DNA of 56,121 nucleotides. Source: a virus (Duplodnaviria > Caudoviricetes). Positions within the stretch are counted from its first letter, which is position 1, and each line of letters begins with the position of its first letter. The notes under the pieces were generated by a model. That model searched no databases. It saw nothing but the letters and a program-made list of their open reading frames with translations, and was not told the DNA's origin. A program made the translations under genes and the position numbers. Location of the stretch: positions 1 to 56,121 of IMG/VR virus record IMGVR_UViG_3300037507_003763; one strand, 5' to 3'. This document shows, piece after piece, positions 1 to 10,999 of the stretch.

Positions 1-108
1 AGAACCAGGAAATTTCCATTCCAACATTCTCACAAGGCCAGCAGCAAGCCATGTGCCTATGCCACCAGCTCCAACCATTACAATTCTTTTTACATTTTCT
101 TCAGACAT
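1..108 (-). CDS. ThiF/E1-like adenylyltransferase, N-terminal fragment (runs off the window)
   Basis: Manual translation from the ATG at 108 gives MSEENVKRIVMVGAGGIGTWLAAGLVRMLEWKFPGS, with a Rossmann GAGGIG motif. It lies directly downstream of the JAB and E2-like genes. Confidence 0.75.
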   Translation of the reverse strand, partial: MSEENVKRIVMVGAGGIGTWLAAGLVRMLEWKFPGS

Positions 109-132
109 AAAAACCTCTTTATTGTTAAAATA

Positions 133-1836
133 CTAATCTCTAAAATGCATCGGCAAAGCGCTTATGGTATCATCGTGCTTTAAGAACTTGTGGCACTCTG
201 TTATTGAATTCTGCAAACGTTGACCAGTATTGCAGTAATCAATAATTGCATCATAATAAGAAGGACAAGTAGCTGTGTAATAATAAACGCAATTATGACA
301 TTCAGAAGTGTAAGAATATATGTCCATATCACGATGATCTAAATCAAAATCAGTGATGTCATCGAATAAGACCATTTTTTTACACATACAGTTGGTTGGA
401 AGGTCAAAACAGCAAACTGTTAAATCAGCGTCAAAACCATCTTCACTTGCAGTTTTTAAAAGATAATCATCATCGTCATCGTAAGGTGCGTAGGTTTCTA
501 CAATTGTTGCAGATGATTTAGTGAGTGAAGAATCATAATGATTTTCAGATCCATATATCTTAAGAACTTGCTGTTCACCATTTTTTGGATCAATAGTCCA
601 AAGATAAACAGATCTCTTTCCTGTGATATACCTGTCAGTCATGTATTTCTCAGCTTTAATCATGACTTCTTTAAAATCATCAGTCATTGAAACTACTGGA
701 ATGTCGCAAATAGGACATGAGCCAGCAGTCAAATCATAATCAGCCATAGTATACTCGCAAGAAGGACAAATGATATCTCTTGCAACAGGATCAAGTTCAG
801 CTAAGATAATATGCGGAGTTGGATCATTTATAACTGGTATATTTAGAAGACCTTTTTTAGTAGTACCAACTGGAGTAGATCCCAGCGTTACTTGTTGAGA
901 GAGAGTTAGTGGTTGATCCGTTAGTGGTTTGTGGTTGTGCTGTGACGCCACCAGCGAAGCCGAACCCCCCGTAGGGGGTTGTACTTTTTTTACTTTAGTA
1001 GACCACTCTACTACTAAAGAATCTGGAGCTTTATTTGAAACAAAACCCTCAAAAACATCTTCAGGCTTTAATGTCCAAGAGTTGCCAGCCATCTGCATTT
1101 CAATGTAATATTGAGTTGCACCACCGTTTACTGATTTCTGCCATCCATAAGTAATATGGATGCCATCAAAGTCTGCTTGGTCGGCGTGATCTGTCCCAGA
1201 CGCATAGGCTGCCATTCCAGGATGAGAGTGGACTGAGCCAACAATCAAAACATCTTCAGGTTTTTCTTCAACGATAGAATCAGGATTGTAGTTGCAGTGA
1301 ACAGAAGTATTAGTCTGCTCAGGAACAAGAACACCCCATCCTGAAGAATCTTTTTTGCTTGGGTCAAAAGTCAAAAGAACGATTGACTCAGTGCCGTGTT
1401 GAGCATCGACTAATCTAAAGAAATCATCAAGTCTATTTACAATTTCCATAGGTATACCAGGAAGATTGTATTCTGCTGTTTCGCGCACAGGAGCAAGATC
1501 AGCTATGTCAGCACTAACTGCGCTTACAGCACGACCAATTATATTATTAACAACTTTAACAATAGAAGTTGTTTTCTCTGTTATATAAGTTGACTGATTG
1601 TTAGCAGGAGGAGTGCCTACAGTATAGGTGTTATTGTAATGGGTGGTAGAAGAGCTAGAATAAGTCTTCGTTTCAACTTTCTTATCTTCTGCAATATTGC
1701 AAATAAGATAATAAATGGAAAATCCAAGGTCTTCAATGATGTCTTCAATATCATCACGATCTGCGTAAAATATTGGAAGGCCATCAGAAGCCCAAAAATA
1801 ATTCAAATCATCTAATGTAACTTTTTTGTCAGACAT
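133..1836 (-). CDS. JAB/MPN+ metallopeptidase-domain protein with C-terminal Zn-ribbon/Cys-rich region
   Basis: Catalytic Glu (GTESIV) plus VGSVHSHPGMAAYASGTD (HxH-x7-S-x2-D); CPSC...CPIC and further Cys clusters. Confidence 0.85.
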   Translation of the reverse strand: MSDKKVTLDDLNYFWASDGLPIFYADRDDIEDIIEDLGFSIYYLICNIAEDKKVETKTYSSSSTTHYNNTYTVGTPPANNQSTYITEKTTSIVKVVNNIIGRAVSAVSADIADLAPVRETAEYNLPGIPMEIVNRLDDFFRLVDAQHGTESIVLLTFDPSKKDSSGWGVLVPEQTNTSVHCNYNPDSIVEEKPEDVLIVGSVHSHPGMAAYASGTDHADQADFDGIHITYGWQKSVNGGATQYYIEMQMAGNSWTLKPEDVFEGFVSNKAPDSLVVEWSTKVKKVQPPTGGSASLVASQHNHKPLTDQPLTLSQQVTLGSTPVGTTKKGLLNIPVINDPTPHIILAELDPVARDIICPSCEYTMADYDLTAGSCPICDIPVVSMTDDFKEVMIKAEKYMTDRYITGKRSVYLWTIDPKNGEQQVLKIYGSENHYDSSLTKSSATIVETYAPYDDDDDYLLKTASEDGFDADLTVCCFDLPTNCMCKKMVLFDDITDFDLDHRDMDIYSYTSECHNCVYYYTATCPSYYDAIIDYCNTGQRLQNSITECHKFLKHDDTISALPMHFRD

Positions 1837-1868
1837 AAAACTCCTATATCTTATATTCGGTATTTTGT

Positions 1869-3752
1869 TTAAAATTGAACCTTATCATAATCAATGTGGA
1901 CAGATATCCCAACCATAGAATTAGAATTACCTGGTATTGCATTCTCAATAGTGAAATTAGAAAGCTCTTTAGAAAACGGAACATATTCACCTTCTAAAAT
2001 TCCGTTGGAATTAAGAGACAAATTGCCTATACACTTAGCGCAACATTCTGTAATCTCTGCTTTAATTTCAGAATCTTTTCCAGCAATAATAGTTGTTTTA
2101 ACACATGGTTTAATTTCAGATTTATTACTCTGCAATGCTCCACATGGGCAAACAACAGCTTTTGAAAGACTAAATAAACCTTTTTCAATGCATGTAGCGC
2201 ACGAAACAATGGTTTCTTTCTTAAATGCAAGATTATTGGAATCATCAAAGTAAGCAGTTGTATGATTCAGTGTGTAAAACATATCTGGCAAAGAAGGACA
2301 ATTCTTTATAACCGTAGTCTCACATGAATAACACTTGCCAATATAGTCTTCGTAGCCTTGATCTTTTACAAAAGAGGTAATACAATGAGCGCAAACAGTA
2401 TTGTATTCGTTACCATGATCATCAAGATAAGGAGTAGGAAGATTGTAAATCGGAAGAGTTTTGTTCTGTCCATGAGCACCCCAAGAAAACTGGCATTTTT
2501 CGCACTGCTTCCAAGTGTCATGTTCGATATGAACAGCGCAGTCTAAATTGTCTGCAAAACAAATATCCATATGATCAGATGGATAATAAATAGAAACGCT
2601 CTCTATGTAGACATAATGCTCTGATGTACAACCAGAGCAAATTGTATTGCCGTCATAGTCTGCTATATTGTCTTCAGTTCCATCATATACTTCTTCGCAA
2701 GAATAGCAAATCCAATTATCTTCAGATTCATCCTGTTCATCATCAAAACTCAATTGAGGCTGGACTTTGCTCGCAACTGCTTCCCGATGTGAATCAGAAA
2801 ATTGAAAAGGATTATCTTTTTTCTCAAACGTTACAACAGCGGGTGCAGAAGCAAAAGAAGACTTAAACATAGAAGCAACTTTATCATTTGAAAAGTTTAG
2901 ATCTTCTCTAGCAAGGATATTATAAAGCTTTGGAATTTCTTTGTCAGTATAATAAGCCTGGTAATTGCCCAGCAAAGCCATTGAAAGAGTAAGTGGTACT
3001 CCTTTTTCATTATGGGAACCTTGCGAATCAATGCCCTCAACTTTGACAGGAATCCAAAGATCAGGATCTAAAGTCCAGTCAAATCCATCAAACTCAGTTT
3101 TTTTCTGCCAAGCTTGTGGATTATAAGTATAATTAGGTTTACCAAAAGCCTCGTAGAAACGAGGTCCATCAGTTTCACTCATGTTCGCGTCGTTGTAAGT
3201 CTCAACTCCGCTGCACCGTTCAATAAGTCTAGAAACTTTTTCATTAAAAGAAAAAGTAGACCAATCCTCTTTTAGATACAAGCAAATCCAACCTACGCCA
3301 TTACCACGGTAACCTTTACAGTTGATATTAGGAAGATTGACATGGTACAAGGGCATTCCTGGATGAGTTATTGGATACGGAGAATAAAACATTCTGGCAC
3401 CGAGAAGGTTGCCGTTAACAAAATCTCCAATAACAATGCGATAAGGCTGGGCTAGATAAAAAGTATTCGCGTGCCTGTCACCTTCATGATCGCCCCAATT
3501 GATATGATAGGTTCCAGGCTTGTGCTGGACAGTAATTTGCATATGGTGTCCAGCAGAACGAATTGACAGAACTCCAGTACCATCTAAGGGAAGAAGTCCT
3601 GTGTCGATTGAAGAAGAGCTTGAAAAGTGTTTATAAAAAGAAACAATATCTTTTTCAACAACTTGATTTAAATTAAAAGAAGAAACTGTAGACTGGATTA
3701 CATAAGCTCCGTCTTCCCTCTTCTTAAGGGCATAATTAAACGAATCAACCAT
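1869..3752 (-). CDS. Prokaryotic E2-like (family D / PRTRC protein B-like) domain fused to a multi-CxxC region
   Basis: PLYHVNLPNINCKG...GWICLY resembles the Prok-E2_D signature; many CxxC pairs follow. Start moved to the ATG at 3752, which has a GGAG RBS. Confidence 0.65.
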   Translation of the reverse strand: MVDSFNYALKKREDGAYVIQSTVSSFNLNQVVEKDIVSFYKHFSSSSSIDTGLLPLDGTGVLSIRSAGHHMQITVQHKPGTYHINWGDHEGDRHANTFYLAQPYRIVIGDFVNGNLLGARMFYSPYPITHPGMPLYHVNLPNINCKGYRGNGVGWICLYLKEDWSTFSFNEKVSRLIERCSGVETYNDANMSETDGPRFYEAFGKPNYTYNPQAWQKKTEFDGFDWTLDPDLWIPVKVEGIDSQGSHNEKGVPLTLSMALLGNYQAYYTDKEIPKLYNILAREDLNFSNDKVASMFKSSFASAPAVVTFEKKDNPFQFSDSHREAVASKVQPQLSFDDEQDESEDNWICYSCEEVYDGTEDNIADYDGNTICSGCTSEHYVYIESVSIYYPSDHMDICFADNLDCAVHIEHDTWKQCEKCQFSWGAHGQNKTLPIYNLPTPYLDDHGNEYNTVCAHCITSFVKDQGYEDYIGKCYSCETTVIKNCPSLPDMFYTLNHTTAYFDDSNNLAFKKETIVSCATCIEKGLFSLSKAVVCPCGALQSNKSEIKPCVKTTIIAGKDSEIKAEITECCAKCIGNLSLNSNGILEGEYVPFSKELSNFTIENAIPGNSNSMVGISVHIDYDKVQF

Positions 3753-4143
3753 TGTTATCTCCAAGTATATGTTGTATCTGATTATCAAGATCTTCACTAA
3801 AGTCACCAAAAGTAGATGCAAACCAAGAAGGATCTGTTTCTGCATGTTCGATAACTTTTAGTTTTGCAAGAAGATTATCCTTAACCTCTACTAAGTCAGC
3901 AACCCGATCAAGAGCTTTGGAAAGACCCTTGAGGGTTTCTTTGTCATGAGTCATGTTCAAGAGAACTTGAACTACTGGAAAATCATCTATTTGAAAATGT
4001 TCTATGATTTTAGATATCCGCTCATCAATAGATGAGAGTTGAGACTTTATTTCCTTTTTAGTTTCATTGGAAGAATCTAAATTGAACTGAAAAGTCTTTA
4101 TAGGAAAAGAACTTTTAGATTGTCTGTTTGAAGATTCAGACAT
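3745..4143 (-). CDS. hypothetical protein (coiled coil)
   Basis: 132-aa ORF whose stop overlaps the start of the E2-like gene. Confidence 0.6.
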   Translation of the reverse strand: MSESSNRQSKSSFPIKTFQFNLDSSNETKKEIKSQLSSIDERISKIIEHFQIDDFPVVQVLLNMTHDKETLKGLSKALDRVADLVEVKDNLLAKLKVIEHAETDPSWFASTFGDFSEDLDNQIQHILGDNNG

Positions 4144-4152
4144 AAAAACCCC

Positions 4153-4542
4153 TTACTGTTGAAGTATCTCTGCGGCTTTTTGTATTTGAGAATTAGTAAA
4201 AAGAAGTTTTTCTAATTCATTGTTCCAGATCGTGGGATCTAGTCCTTGAGCAGAAATATAGTTTTTAAATTTTTTCCAAAACATTCTTCTTTGACGTGGA
4301 GTTAGTCCACCCCAAACTCCGTGATCTTCAGAAGATACAAGTGCGGTGTACAAGCATTGTTTTTGAACTGGACAGGAATAACAGTACTTAATAGCGTTTT
4401 GTTTAAGAACAACATCTTCTGGATCGTAAAAAGAATCAACGCCAACAGATTTGCATTTTGCGTCATTTGACCATCTGGTCATATTTGACGATACACGAAT
4501 CTGATGCTGAACAAATTGTTCATTGTTGGTTCTAAAGTTCAT
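4153..4542 (-). CDS. whiB: WhiB-family Fe-S transcription factor
   Basis: W..DAKC...C.SCPVQKQCL..AL...HGVWGGLTPRQRR: four Cys plus the GVWGG turn. Confidence 0.92.
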   Translation of the reverse strand: MNFRTNNEQFVQHQIRVSSNMTRWSNDAKCKSVGVDSFYDPEDVVLKQNAIKYCYSCPVQKQCLYTALVSSEDHGVWGGLTPRQRRMFWKKFKNYISAQGLDPTIWNNELEKLLFTNSQIQKAAEILQQ

Positions 4543-5180
4543 TAAGCTGGGTATCCTAAACTTTTTCTAATGGATGAGAAAGTGTTGAATATGTAAGCAT
4601 TGCTGTCCAGTAGAATTGGATCAATTCCATCAACATTTCTGTCAACAATACATGATAGTGTAGGCCTATTAATGGATTGACATATCTTGACATAGATATC
4701 AAGATTATAGTTGATAGTGTGATCAAGCAGTTCCATCATTGAATAAAGATAAGTATTAAAGAAAAAATCATCAACACTTATATCAAGTTTAGATTTTAAA
4801 AAATCTAGTACTCTTTTATTATTGGAACTAGAAGCTACTGACTTAATAAAGTCAAAAACAACAAGACGTTTTGCAATACTTTCTTCTAAAACATCGGCAT
4901 AAAGATTTACTGAAAACTTATTGTCCGTTAGAAGGTTCAAAGTATTAAAAATAGTTCTGTTATAAGAATCAGTAGAAAAAATAAAGTTATTAGCAGTGTC
5001 GTAAAGAGTATGCGCCAACTTTGTTCTAACAATAACTGACTCTACGCCAGAAGGATTCTTTTTGTTCAAATAAGCTTCAACATCGTCTAATATAGAATCA
5101 AAAGACTGGTTGGTTTTCTTTGGAGTTTCAGAACTATTTGAAAACAAATCGTCATCATTAGACGATATATTGGAATACAT
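4542..5180 (-). CDS. hypothetical protein
   Basis: 212-aa ORF with an AGGAG RBS, coupled to whiB. Confidence 0.6.
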   Translation of the reverse strand: MYSNISSNDDDLFSNSSETPKKTNQSFDSILDDVEAYLNKKNPSGVESVIVRTKLAHTLYDTANNFIFSTDSYNRTIFNTLNLLTDNKFSVNLYADVLEESIAKRLVVFDFIKSVASSSNNKRVLDFLKSKLDISVDDFFFNTYLYSMMELLDHTINYNLDIYVKICQSINRPTLSCIVDRNVDGIDPILLDSNAYIFNTFSSIRKSLGYPA

Positions 5181-5214
5181 AAAATCTCCTCATTTTTTTA
5201 TTTTGAGAACACAG

Positions 5215-5289
5215 TACCGCACCTGGGAATTGAACCCAGCAAATGGATGTTTATAAGACATCTGTGTTCAACCAGCTCACCCGTGCGGT
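5215..5289 (-). tRNA. tRNA-Ile(UAU)
   Basis: Acceptor ACCGCAC/GTGCGGT; anticodon arm GATGT-CTTATAA-ACATC; T-arm CTGGG-TTCAATT-CCCAG. Confidence 0.85.
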
Positions 5290-5448
5290 GAGCTATCATA
5301 TTCGAACAGATGCCTGTATAAATCCATTTCGGTTCATAATCATTTCTCCATTATAGCAGATTAATTGGTGATAGTGATGACAGGCGATATGTAGGCCACG
5401 TGCTTATTATCATCATTGACGTTCCCCAATGTTAATTGGAACACGCTA

Positions 5449-5973
5449 TCACCAAATCTTAAAACCTCCACACTTAGACAAGAATTCAGCAAATTCTTTT
5501 ATATCATCTAAATCAAGATAATAATAAGTGAGAAAGCTTTTTCTAGATCCTGTACCTTGACAACCATTACAATCTATGACAATTTCTCCATCAGAGTTAA
5601 TTTCATAAGGTTGTTCGTTGTTTTTGACAACACTGCTTACGGCCATATGATTTTTGGACCAAGCTCTTTTTCCAGTTTTTTGACAATATTCGCAGTCTTC
5701 TAAGGGAAGACTTTTCAACATTTCGTTTCTTTGATCTATATACTCTTGAGCTTTTCCTGAATCAATATCTTTTTTGAGTCTTACAGAAAGCTTTTTGGAA
5801 TCGATGGAATTTAAACCATCTCCGTCGTTACTGTGGCCATATTCAACCTTAGAAGCAATGTCTTCGTGGTTGTCTTCACAATAACCCCATAACGGACGCC
5901 AGCCCCAAACGTTCCTTCTAAAATATTCGCCTACTTCACTTTTTGGATTATTACCATATACATCCATGCCCAT
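5449..5973 (-). CDS. phage protein with DnaJ-type CxxCxxxG Zn-finger repeats
   Basis: CEYCQKTG and CNGCQGTG; AGGAG RBS. Confidence 0.65.
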   Translation of the reverse strand: MGMDVYGNNPKSEVGEYFRRNVWGWRPLWGYCEDNHEDIASKVEYGHSNDGDGLNSIDSKKLSVRLKKDIDSGKAQEYIDQRNEMLKSLPLEDCEYCQKTGKRAWSKNHMAVSSVVKNNEQPYEINSDGEIVIDCNGCQGTGSRKSFLTYYYLDLDDIKEFAEFLSKCGGFKIW

Positions 5974-5984
5974 AAAGTATTCTC

Positions 5985-8380
5985 CTATTTAGAACTTAAT
6001 TCTTTGAATTGAGCAGGAAACCAATGCTCTTCAAAGAAGATTTCTTCAGCTTTATCATAATCAGTGTTTTCTTCAGCAATTACACCTTCGTCGTCAGTGT
6101 AACCTTGTTCGTAATAATACTCTTGAAGATGACCTTCAGAAATCCAACGATCAACCATAGAACTCTTTTCTTCTTCAGAAATAGAATCCCATTTATCGTA
6201 GATTATTTCAAGCTTGTCTTGATCGGTCATAAAAAATAACGCCTTTACGTTGTTTTATATTGCACTCTTGTCAGGGGGTAAGCCAAGAGTACAGCCTTGT
6301 CAGTGTGAATTTCGTAGCATTTTAAAGAATCGTTTTTGGAAAACTTTTGAATAGTCATTGGCTCGGTTACACGAGACTGCCCAACAAACAAAGTCATGCC
6401 TACAGTAAGATTTTCCACAGTAATGGAAGAACCATAATAATGATCTGGGTTGTGTGGCAACATGATTTCTGGCTTGATATCAGACATAAATATCTCCTAA
6501 AGTTTAAATTTATGATTCTATTTGTTGAGACTGTTGTTTATCATACAGTTGTTCAGCAAGTATTTCTAAAATAGATTCTAAAGAACACGCAATGCGTTCC
6601 AATTGTCTAGTTTTTATATGATCCATTTCTTGAATGCTAGGAATCCTATGGCTAGTCTTTGTATGAGGACCAGTATAGTTTTCAAAAGAAATCCTATATT
6701 GGTCTTCTGAATGGTCATAATAATATCTAGACATAATTAAATCTTTCTTTTAAAAATAATTCCAAGAATAATTCCAACAGCAGCAACAATAGCAAGAACA
6801 GAAAAAGAATTAAGCATCATCTGAGAATCCTTTGTTGTAAAATCTTGTCGAAGGCTGTTTTAAGGATAAAGCAAAAAAATTAAATATAAGTATAAAAGAA
6901 ATCTGAACGAATAAAGACTCTGTCATAGATATATAGAATAAATGAAGTAAATCAATAACAAACATAATTAATAATTGTCGTCATTCAAAAACTTTTGAAC
7001 TTCTTGGTCATTGTCTAATATCTTAGCTTGTTCTTGAGAGTATTGTTTTTCATATTCCAAAACAGCTTCTTCAATTACTGCATTAAGCATACTAGCAACT
7101 GCAAGAGTAGTTTTCATCTCATCGCTATCTAACATGTTTTTTGCGATAAGAGAAGAAACTCTTGCGCATAAAGCTTTATGAGTTTCAAGCATCTGATCAT
7201 AATTAAAAACAAACTGATGCTTAAAGTCTAAGGCAAAGTTAGTTATTGGCATAATACCTCGGGATAAAGTAAGGTAACATCAGAATTGTTTTCAACTAAA
7301 AATTGATTTAATTTAACTAAATCATAATTTAAAGAAACTTGTATAAGTTTTTTAACTTGAGGAAAACTAAGAATTGTTTCAACGTACTTTTTATAAGAAG
7401 TATAAGTTAAACGAGGATGCAAAAAGTCATCACCGTACTTTTCATATATGTGAGATGAAAGTTCAAAATTTGAACTTATAAAATTACGATAATGATAAAG
7501 AATGACAGCTTCCAAATCAGTGCAGCCTACCGATCTGAGCATGCTGATTTTTTCAGAATTTAATTTTTTAAACTGAGAAGGTACATTAAAATTAGTATAA
7601 GATTTTTCAGGATATATAAAAAAATCTTTAAACAATTCCATAACTACTCCATTAAAGTTCGTCTTCATCCAATTCTATATCTGGATAAAGGTTTTCTTCT
7701 TCGTCTTCATCAAATGATTCTTGAATTTGATCTAATCTTTTAAATTCCTCGTCATCTTTAAGGGATTGAAGACTATAATGAGAATTCTCAATAGTATTAG
7801 CACAAGCATACATGCAAGCTTTAGAAACTACTGAAACACCTTCTTCGTCGAAGTCTTCGTAAGACAACTGCATAAGCTTTAGACCAGCATTAGCCAAAAG
7901 ATCCAACAAATCAAAAGAATTATTAATTTTTAAATCAAGTTGAAAATCTACTAATAAATTAGCATTTTTGTATTGTTGAATAATATCTTCAGGTTTCATT
8001 GTTATGTTTCCTTAAAAATGTAAGTTACTTTACAAGTTTTCCTTGTTTATTATATATGTCTCCGCAATCATCACATGTATATCCATCTGGATAACCAGTA
8101 GACAAAGCCCATTCATCAATTATGTGATTGTTGAATACTGCGCATTGTTTACATACAAGGCTAGGTACTTTTGTGATTACGCCAATTTTTTTATTCACAA
8201 AACTACTTTCTGTAGTAAGTTTCCATCATCATCAGTATAAAGATTTGTATAAATAATGATCTGACCTTCATTATCATAATCAAAATCAGCTGATGGAATA
8301 AAAGTTGCAATAAGTGTTTCTAAAGAATACACATTTTCAACAAAGGGTTTGTCTGATTGTTTCTTAGATTTATTTTTCAT
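5985..8380 (-). other. cluster of short hypothetical phage ORFs (5985-6230, 6245-6487, 6510-6734, 6968-7252, 7243-7668, 7652-7999, 8195-8380)
   Basis: Tightly packed co-oriented ORFs with no recognisable domains. Confidence 0.55.
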
Positions 8381-8382
8381 AG

Positions 8383-8455
8383 TGGGCCGTGTAGGGATCG
8401 AACCTACGGCCAAGGCATTATGAGTGCCCTGCTCTAACCGCTGAGCTAACGGCCC
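8383..8455 (-). tRNA. tRNA with CAU anticodon (Ile2-like, possibly elongator Met)
   Basis: GGGCCGTTAGCTCAGCGGTTAGAGCAGGGCA-CTCATAA-TGCCT...GGTTCGATCCC...CGGCCCA; the body resembles bacterial Ile2 tRNAs. Confidence 0.88.
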
Positions 8456-8467
8456 GTAATAATAGAC

Positions 8468-9694
8468 TTATCTGATTGCCTGCCACCAGGCATCTTCTAA
8501 GTCTTGCTTGGACTGAAGTTCTGTATCTTCTTTAGATTTTAGACGAGAACGAACTTTGTCATATAAGCCATCAAAAACATCTTCGTAGGTTACTTGTGCG
8601 TAATCAATATTACCCAATTCTATTGCAAAAGCTTCAGCTACTTGTTTCCAATCTTCTGAACACTTTTTCAAACGTTCAATTTCATTAGCAGCTTCAATAA
8701 TAAAATCTTCAGCCCATTTAGCATCTTTGCAAGAACATTCATATGGATGTCTAGCAGAACATTTACAGCCTAAACCTTTATAATTTCTAAGCTTATAAAC
8801 AATGTCTTCAGACATAAATCTCCTAATTTAATCTTCGTCTACAATCTTAGCGGATTTTGAACTTCTCCTGTGCTCAGCTAAGATGTAAGGAACTCTGTAT
8901 CCTAAATCAGTAATTGAGTATGTATTGTTTTTGTGCGAAGATGCATATTTGTATGTAACAAGATTTTGCAAAGCTTTTGATACAATCTCTATCTTTTTAA
9001 ATCTATTAGGAGCTAAATCAAATATTTCTTCTATTGTTGCAGATGGTTTGCGAGCGCGCCAACGCATTGAAAGATAGTTTAAAACAACTTCTTCATTAGA
9101 AGATGGTTTTATCTTACAGCGTAAAATTGAGGATGTTTTATTAACTTTGCGAGTCATCTTTATCTTTAGTTGTAAAATATCCATTTAAGGATTCTATTAC
9201 ATTTCTCCATTTTGGATCATAGTTATCGGCAAAATAATTAAAATCAAACATTAACTTTTCTTTAAGACCTTTTTGAGAAAGCTCATAAATCATTTCAAAG
9301 AAAGAAGGTTCATTAGTAGAAAGGTGATGGTCTTTGCCAGTCAATGGGTTTCTTAAACGAACATAGGCAGCATTAACCATGGGTATCATAATATGATGAT
9401 TGGAATTAGCAGCAGATTGAATAGCAATCTCTTCAGGACTGCGAGTGTCTTTAACGGCTGCAGCTTTCTTTTGGGCATTCTTTAGTGGTGGCATTAGTCG
9501 TTCTTTCTATGCTTGTTTTTGGACTTCTGTTTTTTTCTCTCAATCTTTTCATTGAGAGTATTTATAGCATATGTAATAGCTTGTTCATAACCATGCCAAA
9601 AACCCTCATTCCATTCATCGTCAGAATGAGATTGAGATTCAATAGCCATTTTCTTTGCTTTTTCAAAAGCAGAAACGGTATTAGTCAAGTTCAT
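8468..9694 (-). other. four hypothetical ORFs (8468-8815, 8828-9184 possibly winged helix, 9141-9494, 9494-9694)
   Basis: Co-oriented ORFs with overlapping start and stop codons. Confidence 0.55.
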
Positions 9695-9811
9695 GTTCTT
9701 CCAATTCTTTGGATGATTGTTTGTTTTATGGCAGATTTTTATACAAACATTAAAAAAATTGCTATGTCAGAAAGACATGTCTCAGCATGAGTTTATTTCC
9801 GACATAGCTAG

Positions 9812-9884
9812 TGCGCCCTCCGAGGATCGAACTCGGGACCAACGGATTAAAAGTCCGGTGCTCTACCAGCTGAGCTAAAGGCGC
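9812..9884 (-). tRNA. tRNA-Lys(UUU)
   Basis: GCGCCTTTAGCTCAGCTGGTAGAGCACCGGA-CTTTTAA-TCCGT...GTTCGATC...GGGCGCA. Confidence 0.92.
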
Positions 9885-10229
9885 TAATTGTTACCAACAA
9901 CGGTCACAAGTGCAATGGTTGTATCTACCAGAGCCGCATTGCCATCTAGCTGTATGAGGTGGAAAGTGTTTAGAATTTTGTTGTCTTTGTTCGTCACAAT
10001 AGGAGCATTCTCCGATTGGAGCAAACTGCATAAAAATATAATCTTCTGGTTGAGAGGAAGCAGCTTCTCTAAACATAAAGTTCCTGAGTTTTGTCAGCTT
10101 CTTCTTCAACCATAAGGTGAAGTCTTATATCTAAAAGAAGATCAGTCATCTCAGCAGAAGAAACAAGTTCTCTTCCGCTTATTTGTGTAATGGCATTGTC
10201 TATGAGTTTTAATATTGGTTTTGTCATAG

Positions 10230-10302
10230 CTGGCGAGGCAGGGCTCGAACCTGCGACCCAGGGATTAACAGTCCCTTGCTCTGCCAACTGAGCTACTCGC
10301 CA
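10230..10302 (-). tRNA. tRNA-Asn(GUU)
   Basis: TGGCGAGTAGCTCAGTTGGCAGAGCAAGGGA-CTGTTAA-TCCCT...GGTTCGAGCC...CTCGCCAG. Confidence 0.92.
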
Positions 10303-10314
10303 TTACATGTTTAA

Positions 10315-10704
10315 CTATATTTGAGACTGAACGTAAGACATGTGCTCAGGGCAGATATGCTTGACAGAACCAAGAATAATTCCTGCAAAAAGCTCATCGT
10401 CGTATGATCCGCTTGAATAGTCTGACATAATATTAATAATGGAATCAAGAGTGTTTCCAGTATCAAGAGCGTCGCAAACTACCGTGCCAAACTTCAAAAG
10501 ATCTGCTTCATCCCAAGACCTAGCTTGGGCAGAAAAAGCATATAGCTCTTCCAAGTACAAATCGTATTTGTTTGTCACTGGAGCTTCTGTAACAGCAGGA
10601 GCCTCAGTAGGGGGAGTTGTGACAAGAACTTCTTTTATTACTGTCTCTTTACCACAAGCGGCAAGAGATAGAATTGCAAGAGAAGTTATAATTAACTTTT
10701 TCAT
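10315..10704 (-). CDS. lipoprotein, DUF732-like
   Basis: Lipobox LAAC after a hydrophobic signal; GTVVCDALDTG...KHICP two-Cys pattern like actinobacterial DUF732. Confidence 0.7.
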   Translation of the reverse strand: MKKLIITSLAILSLAACGKETVIKEVLVTTPPTEAPAVTEAPVTNKYDLYLEELYAFSAQARSWDEADLLKFGTVVCDALDTGNTLDSIINIMSDYSSGSYDDELFAGIILGSVKHICPEHMSYVQSQI

Positions 10705-10962
10705 TTATTTACCTTGTGCTTTGAATAGTTTGTTAGGACTCAATTCTAGCACAGTCATAAGACGAATAACAGTATCTAGGTTGGGAGAAAAGTGTCCATT
10801 CTCGATTCTGTTGATTGTCTTTCGATCAACTCCAGCAATGTAAGCTAAAGTAGATTGACTGATTCCTTTAGCAATTCGTTTATCACGAACAGTTTCAGCA
10901 AAACGATCTTTTGCTTTCTTAACTTCACTTGATCTTGGTTTAATAAAGAATTGAATAGTCAT
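10705..10962 (-). CDS. XRE-family HTH regulator
   Basis: RIAKGISQSTLAYIAGVDRKTINRIENGHFSPNLDT. Confidence 0.9.
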   Translation of the reverse strand: MTIQFFIKPRSSEVKKAKDRFAETVRDKRIAKGISQSTLAYIAGVDRKTINRIENGHFSPNLDTVIRLMTVLELSPNKLFKAQGK

Positions 10963-10999
10963 GTTTTAATATCCTTTGTTGTTGTTTGTTTTTGTGGGG

